A stretch of 64,000 nt of DNA from an uncultured Acidobacteriota bacterium (GTDB taxonomy: Bacteria > Acidobacteriota > Thermoanaerobaculia > Multivoradales > UBA5704). The translations under genes and the position numbers were made by a program. Location: positions 2,048,001 to 2,112,000 of the forward strand of contig OY969474.1 in the NCBI GenBank assembly GCA_963700145.1, read 5' to 3'. This document shows positions 1 through 13,461 of the stretch, piece after piece. Under the pieces are notes generated by a model, which worked only from the letters and a program-made list of their open reading frames with translations, made no database searches and had not been told where the DNA came from. Every line of letters starts with the position of its first letter. The first letter of the stretch is position 1.

Positions 1-2
1 GA

Positions 3-530
3 TTGGCGATCAACGTCAGGCAGTCGGCACGCTCGCGCCGGGAGACGCATGTCGACAGCGGGCTTCCCGAGCCCGTGGATACCAGCGCAGATTCGCGGTT
101 GGGAATGGAACGAGGCCAGGCGTTGGCGTCCGGATTCCAGTTGCTGCTGGAGAGGCTGACGCCCAAGGAGCGAGCCGCCTACATCCTGCGGGAGGCGTTC
201 GACTGCCCGTACCGCACGGTCGCGAATGTCCTCCGGCTCGAAGAGGCCAACGCGCGGCAGGTCGTGGCGCGCGCTCGGCAGCACCTCGCGAATGGCCGCA
301 GGAAGCCCGCGAGTGCGACCGGACGCCGACGCCTTCTCGACGCCTTCGTCGCGGCCGCGCAGGATGGCGACGTCGCGGGACTCGCACGTCTCCTGGCGTC
401 GGACGCCGGTCTCGCCGCCATCGAATCGACTCAACGCGGAAAGGACATCGATCATGAAGCTCGTCATCATCGGCGGCACCGGGCTCATCGGTTCGAAGCT
501 CGTGACCAAGCTGACGGCAGACGGCCATGA
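3..530 (+). CDS. ECF sigma-70 factor, SigJ/ECF41-like (5' partial; C-terminal SnoaL-like extension looks truncated)
   Basis: LPEPVDT, LLLERLTPKERAAYILREAFDCPY..RQVVARARQHL (region 4), then LLDAFVAAAQDGDVAGLARLLASD. The frame runs 77 nt into the next gene. Confidence 0.8.
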   Translation: MAINVRQSARSRRETHVDSGLPEPVDTSADSRLGMERGQALASGFQLLLERLTPKERAAYILREAFDCPYRTVANVLRLEEANARQVVARARQHLANGRRKPASATGRRRLLDAFVAAAQDGDVAGLARLLASDAGLAAIESTQRGKDIDHEARHHRRHRAHRFEARDQADGRRP

Positions 531-951
531 GGCCGTGCCGGCATCGCCGGGCACCGGCGTCAACACGCTCACCGGCGAGGGGCTGGCTGATGCGCTTGCG
601 GGCGCCGCCGTCGTCGTCGACGTCTCGAACTCCCCGTCGTTCGAAGACTCGGCCGTCATGGCGTTCTTCACGACGTCCACGCGCAACCTTCTGAGGTACG
701 CGGCGGCAGCCGGTGTGGAGCACTACGTCGCGCTGTCGGTGGTAGGAACCGAGCGCATACCCGCATGCGCGGTACTTCGGCGCCGAGCTCGGGGAGCGGT
801 CGCTCATTCCTGCCGGCGCCGCGCGGCTCGGCGAGATCCGCTTCCAGGAGTGGCTCGGCCAGCCCGTGCCCCAGCCGCGATAAGAAGCTGCTGCGGGTGT
901 TTGCCTGTGCCCGCGGGCCGGGCCGCTACACCCCCGGCATCGCCTTCTTGA
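454..951 (+). pseudogene. NmrA/SDR-family NAD(P)-binding oxidoreductase, apparently truncated after ~103 aa
   Basis: ATG 454 with AAGGA RBS and Rossmann motif MKLVIIGGTGLIGS. Family-like sequence stops at VALSVVGTERIP (~762); the rest is low-complexity and overlaps the convergent gene. Confidence 0.65.
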
Positions 952-2241
952 GCGGCTTGAGCAGCACCAGCAGCACCAGGGCCATGAAGAGGGCGCAGGT
1001 GCCGAGGACGGCGAAGAAGGTGGAGTGGAGCCAGTCGTCCCAGAAGACGCCGATGGCGGTCAGCTTGTTGCCGATCGCGGTGGCGACGAACCAGCCGCCC
1101 ATCATGATGCCGCGCCAGCGGATCGGGGCGACCTTGGAGACCAGGGAGAGGCCCATCGGCGAGAGCATCAGCTCGCCGGCGGTCAGGATGGCGTAGGCCG
1201 AGATCAGCCACCAGGGGGAGACCTTGCCGAAGTCGCCCCCCGCCTTGCCGGCGAAGTACATGAGGTAGAAGGAGAGGCCGGTCAGGCACATGCCGAACAT
1301 CATCTTGGTCGGCGTCGAGGGCTCCCTGCCGCGCCGGTCGAGCCACGACCAGAGGCCGACCAGTGGGAAGGTCAGCAGCAGCACCCAGATCGGGTTGATG
1401 GCGTTCGAGATGACGCCGGTGACGTTCCAGTCGGTGTTGTCGTTGGCCCAGTAGGTGAGGGTGATGCTGTTCTGGTGGAAGACCATCCAGAAGACGATGA
1501 CGATCAAGAAGATGACGATCAGCGCGCTCACCCGCTTCCAGTCGGGGATGGTGTCGATGGCCTGGACCGTTTGGCCGCTCACCCCAGGCGGTGGCGCGTC
1601 CACGGCGACGGCGGCCGTGGCGGTCTGCTGCTGCGGGCCGCGCGCCGGCCGGCGGTCGGCGTGCATGACGTGGCGGCGGAAGAACCAGAGGATGTTGACC
1701 GAGATCACCATCCCCAGCGCGCCCATGAAGAAGGCGGGGTGGAAGCCGTAGGTCCGATACATGGGCTCGGCCACGAGCGGCGCCAGCGCCGCGCCGACGT
1801 TGATGCCCATGTAGAAGATGTTGTAGGCGCGGTCCTTGAGGTGGCTCCCCTCGGGGTAGAGGTTGCCGACCATCGCCGAGACGTTGGGCTTGAAGAAGCC
1901 GTTGCCGATGACCAGGCAGGCCAGCGCCGCGTACATGATCGGCTCCGAGCGGAAGGCCAGGAGGGCGTGGCCGGCCATGAAGAAGAAGCCGCCGATCATC
2001 ACCGACCGCCGGTAGCCGAGCTTGCGGTCGGCGATCAGGCCGCCGATCAGGGGGCTGGCGTAGACGAACATCAGGTAGGTCGAGTAGATCGAGGTGGCGC
2101 GGTCCTCGGTCCAGGCGAACCCCTGGGTCGGGTTCTGCACGTAGAGGGTGTACATCGCCGCCACGGTGTAGAAGCTGAAGCGCTCCCACATCTCGGTGAA
2201 GAAGAGGACGTAGAGCCCCTTCGGGTGGCGCTCCAGCGTGT

Positions 2242-2245
<4 letters not shown>
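926..2245 (-). CDS. POT/PTR-family proton-dependent oligopeptide MFS transporter
   Basis: HPKGLYVLFFTEMWERFSFY (ExxERF), GNGFFKPN, FYMGINVG, GELMLSPMGLS. ATGA overlap with the upstream paralog. Confidence 0.93.
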
Positions 2246-3744
<1,499 letters not shown>

Positions 3745-3863
3745 GCGCGCGCGCCCTTTCTCTCTGCTGCCCGAAGCGGCGCGCGAGCCTAGCACGCGCG
3801 CTTCGGCCGCCCGGGGTCGGGGCCGGGGAGAGCAAGGGGGGTGCCACCGGCGCCCCGCGAGAT

Positions 3864-3879
3864 ATTCCCCTTGGGGAAT
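3864..3879. promoter_or_regulatory. Palindromic putative transcription-factor site in a divergent intergenic region
   Basis: ATTCCCC-TT-GGGGAAT perfect inverted repeat in an AT-richer spacer. Confidence 0.35.
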
Positions 3880-3991
3880 GATTTGCGGTACTGTAGGGGC
3901 AGCAAAGTCTTTCGCCCCTTCGACATCGCGGCGCCCGCCGCGGTCGGCTCGAAGGCTGTTGCACGTCCGGTCGTTGGAGGTCCGTCGTCTC

Positions 3992-5374
3992 GTGAGAAGG
4001 TCTGCGCTCCTGCTCGTCCTCGCCCTGCTCGCACCGCTCGCGCCGGCCCTGGCCGGCACGGTCTACGTCCCGGTCGCCACCCACCAGACGGTGGGCACGG
4101 TGACCTACAAGACCGGGGTCTGGGTGAGCAACCCGTCCGACGTCCCGCGCCGCTTCACCACCGCCTTCATCGCCACCGACACCGACGGCACCCGCCGCAG
4201 CCTCAACGGCGCCGCCACCGTGCCGGCGAGGGGGTCGCTGCTGCTCACCAACATCGCCCCGCGCGGCGGCCACGGCATGCTCGAGATCGAGGGCGCGCCG
4301 CAGCTCGTGGTGCGCGCCCGGCTCGACGCCCTGAACGCCAAGGGGAAGGTCGTGTCGAGCGCCCCGGTGCCGGTCGTCACCGCCGAGAACTGGGTGCCGG
4401 CCGGGAAGACCGCCCACCTCCAGGGGCTCGGCACACCGGCCGGCGGCGTCGCCGGCTTCGGCCTGCTCAACCTGGCGTGGAGGCAGGGGACCTGCACCAT
4501 CGAGGCCTTCCGCCCGGACGGCGGCTCGCTCGGCCGCCTCGACAACGTCAAGGTCGCAGCGCTCGGCCACCGGCAGCCGCAGCAGCTGGTGACGGCGCAC
4601 GGCGCGGGCCTCCTGACCGACGCCCGCATCGAAGTGACCTGCAACCAGCCGTTCTACGTCTACTCGACCCAGCTCTCGACCAACGGCGGCCGCACCGCCT
4701 TCGTCGAGCCGTCGGGGCGTCTGGTCGACATGGAGCAGCCGGGGCGGCCGAAGGTGGGGGACGACGGCAACCCGCCGGAGCCGCCGGCCAACAACCCGCC
4801 CGGCAACCCGCCGGCGAACCCGCCGACGACTCCGACCACGCCGCCGGCCGGCACGGTCATCTTCGCCCCCGGCGTCTTCCTCGACGTGCGGCAGGGCGAC
4901 TCCTACAAGGCCTACGAGCTGCCGCTGGCGCTCGACGTCAAGTACAAGAAGGTGATCGTCGACTTCGACCTCTACCTGCACCGCTGGCAGAGCACCTGGT
5001 ACCACGGCATCACCAGCATGAAGCGCAACGACAAGACGCTCTACTACGGCGTCCTCTTGAAGGGGAGCCCGTCGAAGACCATCGTCGACCTCGGGCGCGA
5101 GCGCCAGGTGAAGGAGAACTTCAACTGGCAGGAGCGCACCGACTACCACGTGCGCATGACCTACGACGTCCCCGGGAGGAAGGTGACGGCACAGTTCTCG
5201 CGCAACGGCGCCGTCGTCCACACCGTCACCGGCAAGATGGGGGTCGCCGACGTGCGCGCCTTCTCGAAGTACCGGGTGCGGGTCGACTTCGGCCTGCCGG
5301 GCGTGGCGCACAGCGCCTACTACCCGCCGTACGGGTCGCGGTACTCGAACCTCGAGGTGCGGCTGGAGCGGTAG
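3992..5374 (+). CDS. Secreted hypothetical protein (beta-rich N domain, Pro/Asn linker, beta-rich C domain)
   Basis: GTG 3992 after GGAGG, signal peptide RRSALLLVLALLAPLAPALA, NPP-repeat linker, typical high-GC3 codon use. Confidence 0.8.
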   Translation: MRRSALLLVLALLAPLAPALAGTVYVPVATHQTVGTVTYKTGVWVSNPSDVPRRFTTAFIATDTDGTRRSLNGAATVPARGSLLLTNIAPRGGHGMLEIEGAPQLVVRARLDALNAKGKVVSSAPVPVVTAENWVPAGKTAHLQGLGTPAGGVAGFGLLNLAWRQGTCTIEAFRPDGGSLGRLDNVKVAALGHRQPQQLVTAHGAGLLTDARIEVTCNQPFYVYSTQLSTNGGRTAFVEPSGRLVDMEQPGRPKVGDDGNPPEPPANNPPGNPPANPPTTPTTPPAGTVIFAPGVFLDVRQGDSYKAYELPLALDVKYKKVIVDFDLYLHRWQSTWYHGITSMKRNDKTLYYGVLLKGSPSKTIVDLGRERQVKENFNWQERTDYHVRMTYDVPGRKVTAQFSRNGAVVHTVTGKMGVADVRAFSKYRVRVDFGLPGVAHSAYYPPYGSRYSNLEVRLER

Positions 5375-5393
5375 CGGGCGCGCGCAGCGTAGG

Positions 5394-5428
5394 ACGAGAG
5401 CGCCGGGAGGCTTCGCCGGCGCTCTCGT
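5394..5428. terminator. Hairpin between convergent genes
   Basis: ACGAGAGCGCCGG..CCGGCGCTCTCGT 13-bp stem; no U-tract. Confidence 0.5.
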
Positions 5429-5456
5429 AGCGTGACATCCAGTCGCTTCGCGCGCG

Positions 5457-5795
5457 TTAGGTAGCCGAGCGCGCAGGTCGGGTGGCGCCGACGTCTTCCA
5501 CCGCCACCCAGATGACCTGGAGGTTCTGCCCCCAACCGCCGGGCACGTCGACGCGGACGACGTTGATCATGAACCCCGTCGGCTCCACGTCGGTGATGGT
5601 GACGGCGAAGGTGTCGGAGAGGTTGGAGGGCTCGTAGAAGGGGTCCTGGAAGGCGGTAGCGACGACGAACGGCGTCGCCGTGCCGAAGGGCGAGGGGCTC
5701 GGGAACGAGATCTGGAAGTCCTGCACGCTGGTCGGCGACGAGCCGATGACGCCGACGCCACCGAGGACGATGGGCTGGGTGGGGGTGCTCGACAT
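5457..5795 (-). CDS. Small H-type-lectin-like beta protein, paralog A (112 aa)
   Basis: ATG 5795 with GGAGG RBS. Pattern ISFPSPSPF..PFVVAT..FAVTITDVEPTGF..W..LQVIWVA resembles the H-type lectin domain. Paralog of 5969..6301. Confidence 0.6.
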   Translation of the reverse strand: MSSTPTQPIVLGGVGVIGSSPTSVQDFQISFPSPSPFGTATPFVVATAFQDPFYEPSNLSDTFAVTITDVEPTGFMINVVRVDVPGGWGQNLQVIWVAVEDVGATRPARSAT

Positions 5796-5796
5796 G

Positions 5797-5850
5797 GGTT
5801 CCCTCCGCGGGCTCACGCCCGGCGTGTGGCGACGGCGGGATGCCGGCGCC
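5797..5850 (-). promoter_or_regulatory. Conserved structured 5' leader, copy A
   Basis: 51/54 nt identical to 6302..6355; two hairpins immediately upstream of the RBS. Confidence 0.5.
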
Positions 5851-5968
5851 CCTTCACGACGGCAAAGGCACTCGTCTGCAAGTCTACTCTTAAAGACGAA
5901 TCGAAGCCGCAGATCGTGCACAGTGGCGGGGTGCGTCCGCCTGCCGCCGCGGGGGGCGCCCCAGAACG

Positions 5969-6301
5969 CTACTTGCCTTCCTGCGCGACGTCCTCCACCG
6001 CCACGTAGATGAGCCGGAGGTTCTGCGCCCAACCACCGCTGCTCGTGTCGACGCGGACGATGTTGACGATGAACCCCGTCTTCTCCACGTCGACGATGGT
6101 GACGGCGAACGTGTCGGGGATCTTGAAGGTCTTGTAGAAGGGGTCCTGGAAAGCGGTGGCGACGACGAACGGCGTCGCCGTGCCGAAGGGCGAGGGGCTC
6201 GGGAAGGTGATCTGGAAGTCCTGGACCTCGTTGCTCTGCGACGGGCCGATGGTGGCCCAGCCACCGAGGACGATGGGCTGGGTGGGGGTTGGGGTCGACA
6301 T
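5969..6301 (-). CDS. Small H-type-lectin-like beta protein, paralog B (110 aa)
   Basis: ITFPSPSPFGTATPFVVATA..DTFAVTIVDVEKTGFIVNIVRVD..GWAQNLRLIYVA; roughly 70% identical to paralog A by eye. Confidence 0.6.
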   Translation of the reverse strand: MSTPTPTQPIVLGGWATIGPSQSNEVQDFQITFPSPSPFGTATPFVVATAFQDPFYKTFKIPDTFAVTIVDVEKTGFIVNIVRVDTSSGGWAQNLRLIYVAVEDVAQEGK

Positions 6302-6355
6302 GGTTCCCTCCGCGGGCTCGCGCCCGGCGCATGGCGACGGCGGGATGCCGGCGCC
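6302..6355 (-). promoter_or_regulatory. Conserved structured 5' leader, copy B
   Basis: Duplicate of 5797..5850; candidate -10 TACACT at 6370-6375. Confidence 0.5.
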
Positions 6356-6429
6356 GCTCCTGCCAGGGGAGTGTACCCACCGCGGCGGTCCGTTTCACCG
6401 GCCGCTCAAGAACGCATGCGCTAGCCCGC

Positions 6430-9141
6430 TCACTCCTCCCGCAGAGCGACCGCCGGCTCGACGCGGGTGGCGCGGCGGGCGGGAACCCACGCGGCGACCA
6501 TCGCCACCGAGGCGAGCACGGTCGTGACCCCGGCGAACACGAGCGGATCACTCGTGCTCACGCCGAACAGCAGCGTCCGGAGGGCGCGGGTGAGCGCCAT
6601 CGCGCCGAGCAGGCCGGCCGCGACGCCCGCGGCGACCATCGCGGCACCTCGGCCCAGCAGCAGCTTCAGGATCGCGCGGGAGCTGGCGCCGATCGCCATG
6701 CGAATCCCGATCTCGCGCGTGCGCTGGCGCGCGGCGTACGACATGACTCCGTAGGTCCCCACGCTGGCGAGCAGGAGCGCCAGGCCGGCGAACGTGCCCA
6801 GGACGATCGCGCGCAGCCGCGGCTGCGCGAGCGACGCCGACACCCTCTCCTCCATCGTCAGGATGCTCGAGGCGGGCACGTCGGGATCGACATGGCGAAT
6901 CCGCTCGCGGATCGCGGCGGAGAGGCCGGCCGGATCCACGGGCGAGCGCACGACGAGGTACATCGTCGTCGTTCCCTCCGAGCCTTGCGTGAAGGGGACG
7001 TACACCAGCGGCAGCGGCGCCGCGTCCAGGGAGCCGTAGTGGACATCCGCGGCGACGCCGACCACGGTGAAGAGCTCGGGCCGGTAGTCGGGGGGGACGG
7101 TGCCGCGCGGGACGAGCTGGATGGGAGGGTTGACCGAAATGACCTTGCCGATCGGGTCCTGGCCCGGCCAGTGCCGCCGGACCATCTCGCGATTCACGAT
7201 CGCCACCTTCGCGCCGTCGGCCGCGTCGGTGTCGGCGAAGGCCCGGCCCCTGAGGATCGGCACCGCCAGCGCGCGGAAGTAGTCGCCGGCGACGACCCGG
7301 TACTGGATCGGGGGCAGCTCGCGGATCGTGGCGGGCAGCGGGCGGTCGTAGAGCGTCACGTTTTTGCCCCACACCTCTCCCAGCAAGGGCAGACCGTCGA
7401 TCGCGCCCGCGGCGCTGACGCCGGGCAGCGTACGGACCTGCTCGACGAGGTCGGTGAAGAACCGGGTCGACTTCACGTAGGCCTGCGGCGAGAAACGCCG
7501 CTCGAGCTCCTCGTCGACGTATTTGCGCCGCGGGATGCCGACCTGGACGGTCAGCACGCCGCGCGGCTCGAAGCCCGCGTCGACGCGGGTGAGGCTGTGC
7601 ATGCTCCTGACCATCAGGCCGGCGCCGATGAGCAGGACGAGCGACATGGCGATCTCCGCCGCGACCAGGGCCGACCGGACGCGATGTCCGCGAGCGTCTC
7701 CGCCCGTGCGTGCGCCCTGCTGGAGCGCCTCGCCAGGATCGATGTCCACGTTCCGCCAGGCGGGCGCCAGCCCGAAGAGCACGCCCGTGGCCAAGGCGAC
7801 GAGGGCCGTGTACCCCAGGACCACGCCGTCGATGCGGATGTCTTCGGTGCGCGGAAGCACGGTCTGGCTCAGCGAGTTCAGCGTGTCCACCGACAGCCAC
7901 GCCAGGATGACGGCGAGAGCGCTGCCGCAGAGGGCGAGCAGCACACTCTCCGTCAGGAGCTGCCCGAGCACGCGCCGGCGGCTGGCCCCGATCGCGATGC
8001 GCAGCGCGATCTCGCGCCGCCGGGCCGCGGCCCGCGCCATCAGGAGGTTGGCCAGGTCGGCGCACGCGATGAGCAGCACGAAGACGACCGCCCCGAAGAG
8101 GACGAGCAGCGCGCGCCGCGCGTCCTCCACGAGCGCCGCGTGGAGCGGGCGCACGTCCATGTGCATGCCGCGGTTCTCGGGATGTTCGACGATGATCTGC
8201 TGCGAGAGGCGGTTGAGGTCGGCGGCGGCGCTCTCCGGCGTCGCGTCCGCGCCCAGCCGCGCGACCATCGTCAGGAAGTAGTTGTTGTGCGTGTTCAGGT
8301 TGTCGCCGGGCGCGAAGGACATGGGCACCAGCGCCTGCGCCTCCCGGCCGAGGAAGGAGAACCCGGGCGGCAGGACGCCGACGACCGTATAGGGCTCGGC
8401 CCCGAGCACGATCCGCCGGCCGAGGATCGAGGCATCGGCCGCGTATCGACGCCTCCAGAAGCCGTCGGTCAGGATGACGACCCGGTGGTCCCCCCACTGC
8501 TCGTCGCGCGGCTGGAGATCGCGGCCGATCGCCGGAGGTTGCCGGAGCGTGCCGAGGAAGTCCGACGACACGATCAGGGCGCGGATCCGCTCGGGCTCGT
8601 AGTCCCCGGTGACGTCGAACGACCCGAAATAGAAGGACGAGAACGACTGGAAGGCGCGGTTGCGGGACCGGTACACGTAGTAGTCCGGCGGCGCCGTTCC
8701 CCCCGGCCGATCGTTCTCGTCGACGGTCTGCACGAGCTGCAGGCGGGACGGATCCGGGTAGGGAAGCGGCCGCAGCAACACGGTGTTGACCACCGTGAAC
8801 ATGACGGTGTTCGCCCCGATGCCCAGGGCGAGGACCACGAGCGCGGCGGCGGTCAGGCTGGGGTCCCTCCGCATCATGCGCAGCGCGAACCGGCCGTCCT
8901 GGACGATCCGGTCGATCGCGGGCAGGGCTCGCCGATCGCGGTAGATCTCCTTCGTCGGCTCGATCCCTCCGAGCTTGAGCAGCGCGGACCGGCGCGCCTC
9001 CTCGGGCGTCATTCCCGCGCGGATGTTGTCCTCGATGTGCATCCCCAGGTGGCTGGCCAGCTCTTCGTCGAGCTCCTTCTCCCAGCGGCCCCGGTGGAGG
9101 GTCGCGGTGGCGCGCAGCCAGAACGCCCGCAGGCGTCTCAC
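6430..9141 (-). CDS. ADOP-type duplicated ABC permease (MacB_PCD/FtsX repeated twice)
   Basis: Permease prefix ELDEELASHL..GMTPEEARRSALLKLGG, LALGIGANT, two REIxxRxAIGA motifs. GTGA overlap with padR. Confidence 0.92.
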   Translation of the reverse strand: MRRLRAFWLRATATLHRGRWEKELDEELASHLGMHIEDNIRAGMTPEEARRSALLKLGGIEPTKEIYRDRRALPAIDRIVQDGRFALRMMRRDPSLTAAALVVLALGIGANTVMFTVVNTVLLRPLPYPDPSRLQLVQTVDENDRPGGTAPPDYYVYRSRNRAFQSFSSFYFGSFDVTGDYEPERIRALIVSSDFLGTLRQPPAIGRDLQPRDEQWGDHRVVILTDGFWRRRYAADASILGRRIVLGAEPYTVVGVLPPGFSFLGREAQALVPMSFAPGDNLNTHNNYFLTMVARLGADATPESAAADLNRLSQQIIVEHPENRGMHMDVRPLHAALVEDARRALLVLFGAVVFVLLIACADLANLLMARAAARRREIALRIAIGASRRRVLGQLLTESVLLALCGSALAVILAWLSVDTLNSLSQTVLPRTEDIRIDGVVLGYTALVALATGVLFGLAPAWRNVDIDPGEALQQGARTGGDARGHRVRSALVAAEIAMSLVLLIGAGLMVRSMHSLTRVDAGFEPRGVLTVQVGIPRRKYVDEELERRFSPQAYVKSTRFFTDLVEQVRTLPGVSAAGAIDGLPLLGEVWGKNVTLYDRPLPATIRELPPIQYRVVAGDYFRALAVPILRGRAFADTDAADGAKVAIVNREMVRRHWPGQDPIGKVISVNPPIQLVPRGTVPPDYRPELFTVVGVAADVHYGSLDAAPLPLVYVPFTQGSEGTTTMYLVVRSPVDPAGLSAAIRERIRHVDPDVPASSILTMEERVSASLAQPRLRAIVLGTFAGLALLLASVGTYGVMSYAARQRTREIGIRMAIGASSRAILKLLLGRGAAMVAAGVAAGLLGAMALTRALRTLLFGVSTSDPLVFAGVTTVLASVAMVAAWVPARRATRVEPAVALREE

Positions 9142-9479
9142 GACGACGCCTTGGCCGCGAAGAAGCGGGCGAGGATGGCGCTCGTCCGCTGCCAGGCGCG
9201 CGCCTCCTTCTCCACCTGCGCCCGGCCGGCCCGCGTGAGCCGGTAGAACTTCGCCCGCCGGTTGTTCTCCGACGTTCCCCATTCCGCAGCGACGTAGCCC
9301 TCCTGCTCCAGCTTCAGGAGCGCCGGATAGAGGGTGCCGTAGTTGATGGTCAGGAGGCCCCCGCTCGTCTGCTCGATGCGGCGCGCGATCCCGTAGCCGT
9401 GGAGCGGGCCCATCGTCTGGAGCGTCTTCAGGACCATCAGCGCCAGCGTGCCCTGCTGCACCTCGAGCTTGTCGTCCAT
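9138..9479 (-). CDS. PadR-family transcriptional regulator (acidobacterial type)
   Basis: QGTLALMVLKTL..PLHGYGIARRIEQ..GTLYPAL..WGTSENNRRAKFYRLT. Confidence 0.93.
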   Translation of the reverse strand: MDDKLEVQQGTLALMVLKTLQTMGPLHGYGIARRIEQTSGGLLTINYGTLYPALLKLEQEGYVAAEWGTSENNRRAKFYRLTRAGRAQVEKEARAWQRTSAILARFFAAKASS

Positions 9480-9487
9480 CGGCCCTC

Positions 9488-9537
9488 CTATGGTCTTCCC
9501 AGGGGAGGGTAGATCAGCTTCTATGGGAATGCAATAG
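9488..9537. promoter_or_regulatory. Two putative PadR operators
   Basis: CTATGG-N5-CCAGGG (9488) and CTATGG-N5-CAATAG (9521), imperfect palindromes 33 bp apart, upstream of padR. Confidence 0.5.
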
Positions 9538-9558
9538 GTCGCCGGGGGCTTCCTCGTT

Positions 9559-10203
9559 TCAGGGCAGGAGCCGGCGCACGTGCTCCAGCTCGTCGGCGTT
9601 GACCGTGTGGCCGAGGCCGGGGTAGAGGCGGAGGGTGACGGCGGCGCCGAGGCCTTCGAGGACGCGCGCCGACTCCTCGACGCGCGCCGCCGGGATGTGG
9701 GGGTCGGGGACGCCGCAGCCGAGGAAGACCGGGGTGCCGGCGAGCGGCGGCGGAGCGGCGCCGGCGGCCGGGGCCGGCCGCGGCGTGCCGTCCGGCCCGA
9801 TGAGCCCGCCGGAGAGGCCGGCGACGCTGGCGTAGCGGCGCGGGTGACGCGCCACGTGCTCGAGGGCGAGGCAGGCGCCCTGCGAGAAGCCGGCGAGCGC
9901 GACGCGCTCGGCGGCGTGGCCGGCGGCGGCGGCGAGGTCGAGCGTCCGGCCGACGGCGGCCAGCGCCGAGGAGAGCCAGGGCTCGTTGGCCGCGAGCGGC
10001 GCGAGGAAGCTGTAGGGGTACCAGGTGGAGCCGGCCGCCTGCGGGGCGAGGTAGGCGAGGTCGGGGCGGCCGAGCTCGGCGGCCAGCTCGAGGATGCTCT
10101 CGGCGGTGGCGCCGCGGCCGTGGAGGAGGACGACGGCGCCGGCGGCGCGGTCGAGCGGCGCGCCGGCGCGGGCGACCGGCTGGCCGGCGTGGGGGTCCTG
10201 CAT
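9559..10203 (-). CDS. Phospholipase/carboxylesterase alpha/beta hydrolase
   Basis: LLHGRG, GFSQG nucleophile elbow, DPHIP, GLGH. Confidence 0.9.
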   Translation of the reverse strand: MQDPHAGQPVARAGAPLDRAAGAVVLLHGRGATAESILELAAELGRPDLAYLAPQAAGSTWYPYSFLAPLAANEPWLSSALAAVGRTLDLAAAAGHAAERVALAGFSQGACLALEHVARHPRRYASVAGLSGGLIGPDGTPRPAPAAGAAPPPLAGTPVFLGCGVPDPHIPAARVEESARVLEGLGAAVTLRLYPGLGHTVNADELEHVRRLLP

Positions 10204-10257
10204 GGACGGAGAATAGACCCGCGCGGCGGGGCGGTTGAAGCCGGACGAGGCCATCGC

Positions 10258-10818
10258 ATGCCCGTCCGCGTTCCCACTCCGGCGCTCGCCGCCCTGCTCC
10301 TCCTGATCGCCGGACAGGCTTGCCTGCCGCTTCCGGCGCAGCGCCCGCGGGTGCGCACGATCCCGCCGCGCCGCCCCGCCGCCGCGCCGGCGCGGCCCGC
10401 CGCCTCCGACCCGTCCGGGCTCGCCGCCCTGCGCCGCGAGGTGCTCTCGGAGGTCAACGCCGAGCGCGTCCGCCGCGGCCGCGAGCCCCTGGGCCGCGAC
10501 TCCCTCCTCGAGCAGGCGGCGCAGCGCCACGCCGAGGACATGCTCCGCCGCCGCTACTTCGACCACCAGAGCCCGGAGGGCCGGAGCGTGCGCGATCGCG
10601 TCGACGACGCCGGCTACTCGTGGCGCATCGTCGGCGAGAACCTGGCCTCCGGCCCGCGCACCCCGGGCGAGGCGGTGGACGGCTGGATGGGCAGCACCGC
10701 CCACCGCCGCGTCCTCCTCGACCGGCGGTTCACCGACCTCGGCGTCGGCTACGCCGAAAGCGGCGGCTCCCGGCGGTCGCTCCGTCTCTGGGTCCAGGTC
10801 TTCGGCGGCCCGCGCTGA
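10258..10818 (+). CDS. CAP/SCP-domain lipoprotein
   Basis: Lipobox-like AGQAC, VNAER, AAQRHAEDM, YFDH, GENLA, WMGSTAHRRVLL. Confidence 0.88.
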   Translation: MPVRVPTPALAALLLLIAGQACLPLPAQRPRVRTIPPRRPAAAPARPAASDPSGLAALRREVLSEVNAERVRRGREPLGRDSLLEQAAQRHAEDMLRRRYFDHQSPEGRSVRDRVDDAGYSWRIVGENLASGPRTPGEAVDGWMGSTAHRRVLLDRRFTDLGVGYAESGGSRRSLRLWVQVFGGPR

Positions 10819-10831
10819 GATACCCCCGGGG

Positions 10832-10857
10832 GGAATGGCAGCCCCCGCAGATCCGTT
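10832..10857 (+). promoter_or_regulatory. ECF-sigma-type promoter upstream of lon
   Basis: GGAAT-N18-GTT, the same form as actinobacterial SigR/SigH promoters. Confidence 0.45.
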
Positions 10858-10902
10858 CTGGCTCCCGTACAGGTCCCTTCGGACCGGGAGCGTGAAAAAC
10901 CG

Positions 10903-13392
<2,490 letters not shown>

Positions 13393-13461
13393 TCTCATGG
13401 GCCGCCTGTGCGCGGCCCAATCCCCCGCCCTTCTTTCTCCCACCGGGTTACCATCGGCGGA

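Noticed and set aside
4760-4850. AACCCGCC-type short repeats
   Set aside because: They encode an ordinary Pro/Asn interdomain linker.
5797-5850. Guanidine-II (mini-ykkC) riboswitch assignment for the two-hairpin leader
   Set aside because: The loops are AUCCC and GNRA rather than the ACGR loops required.
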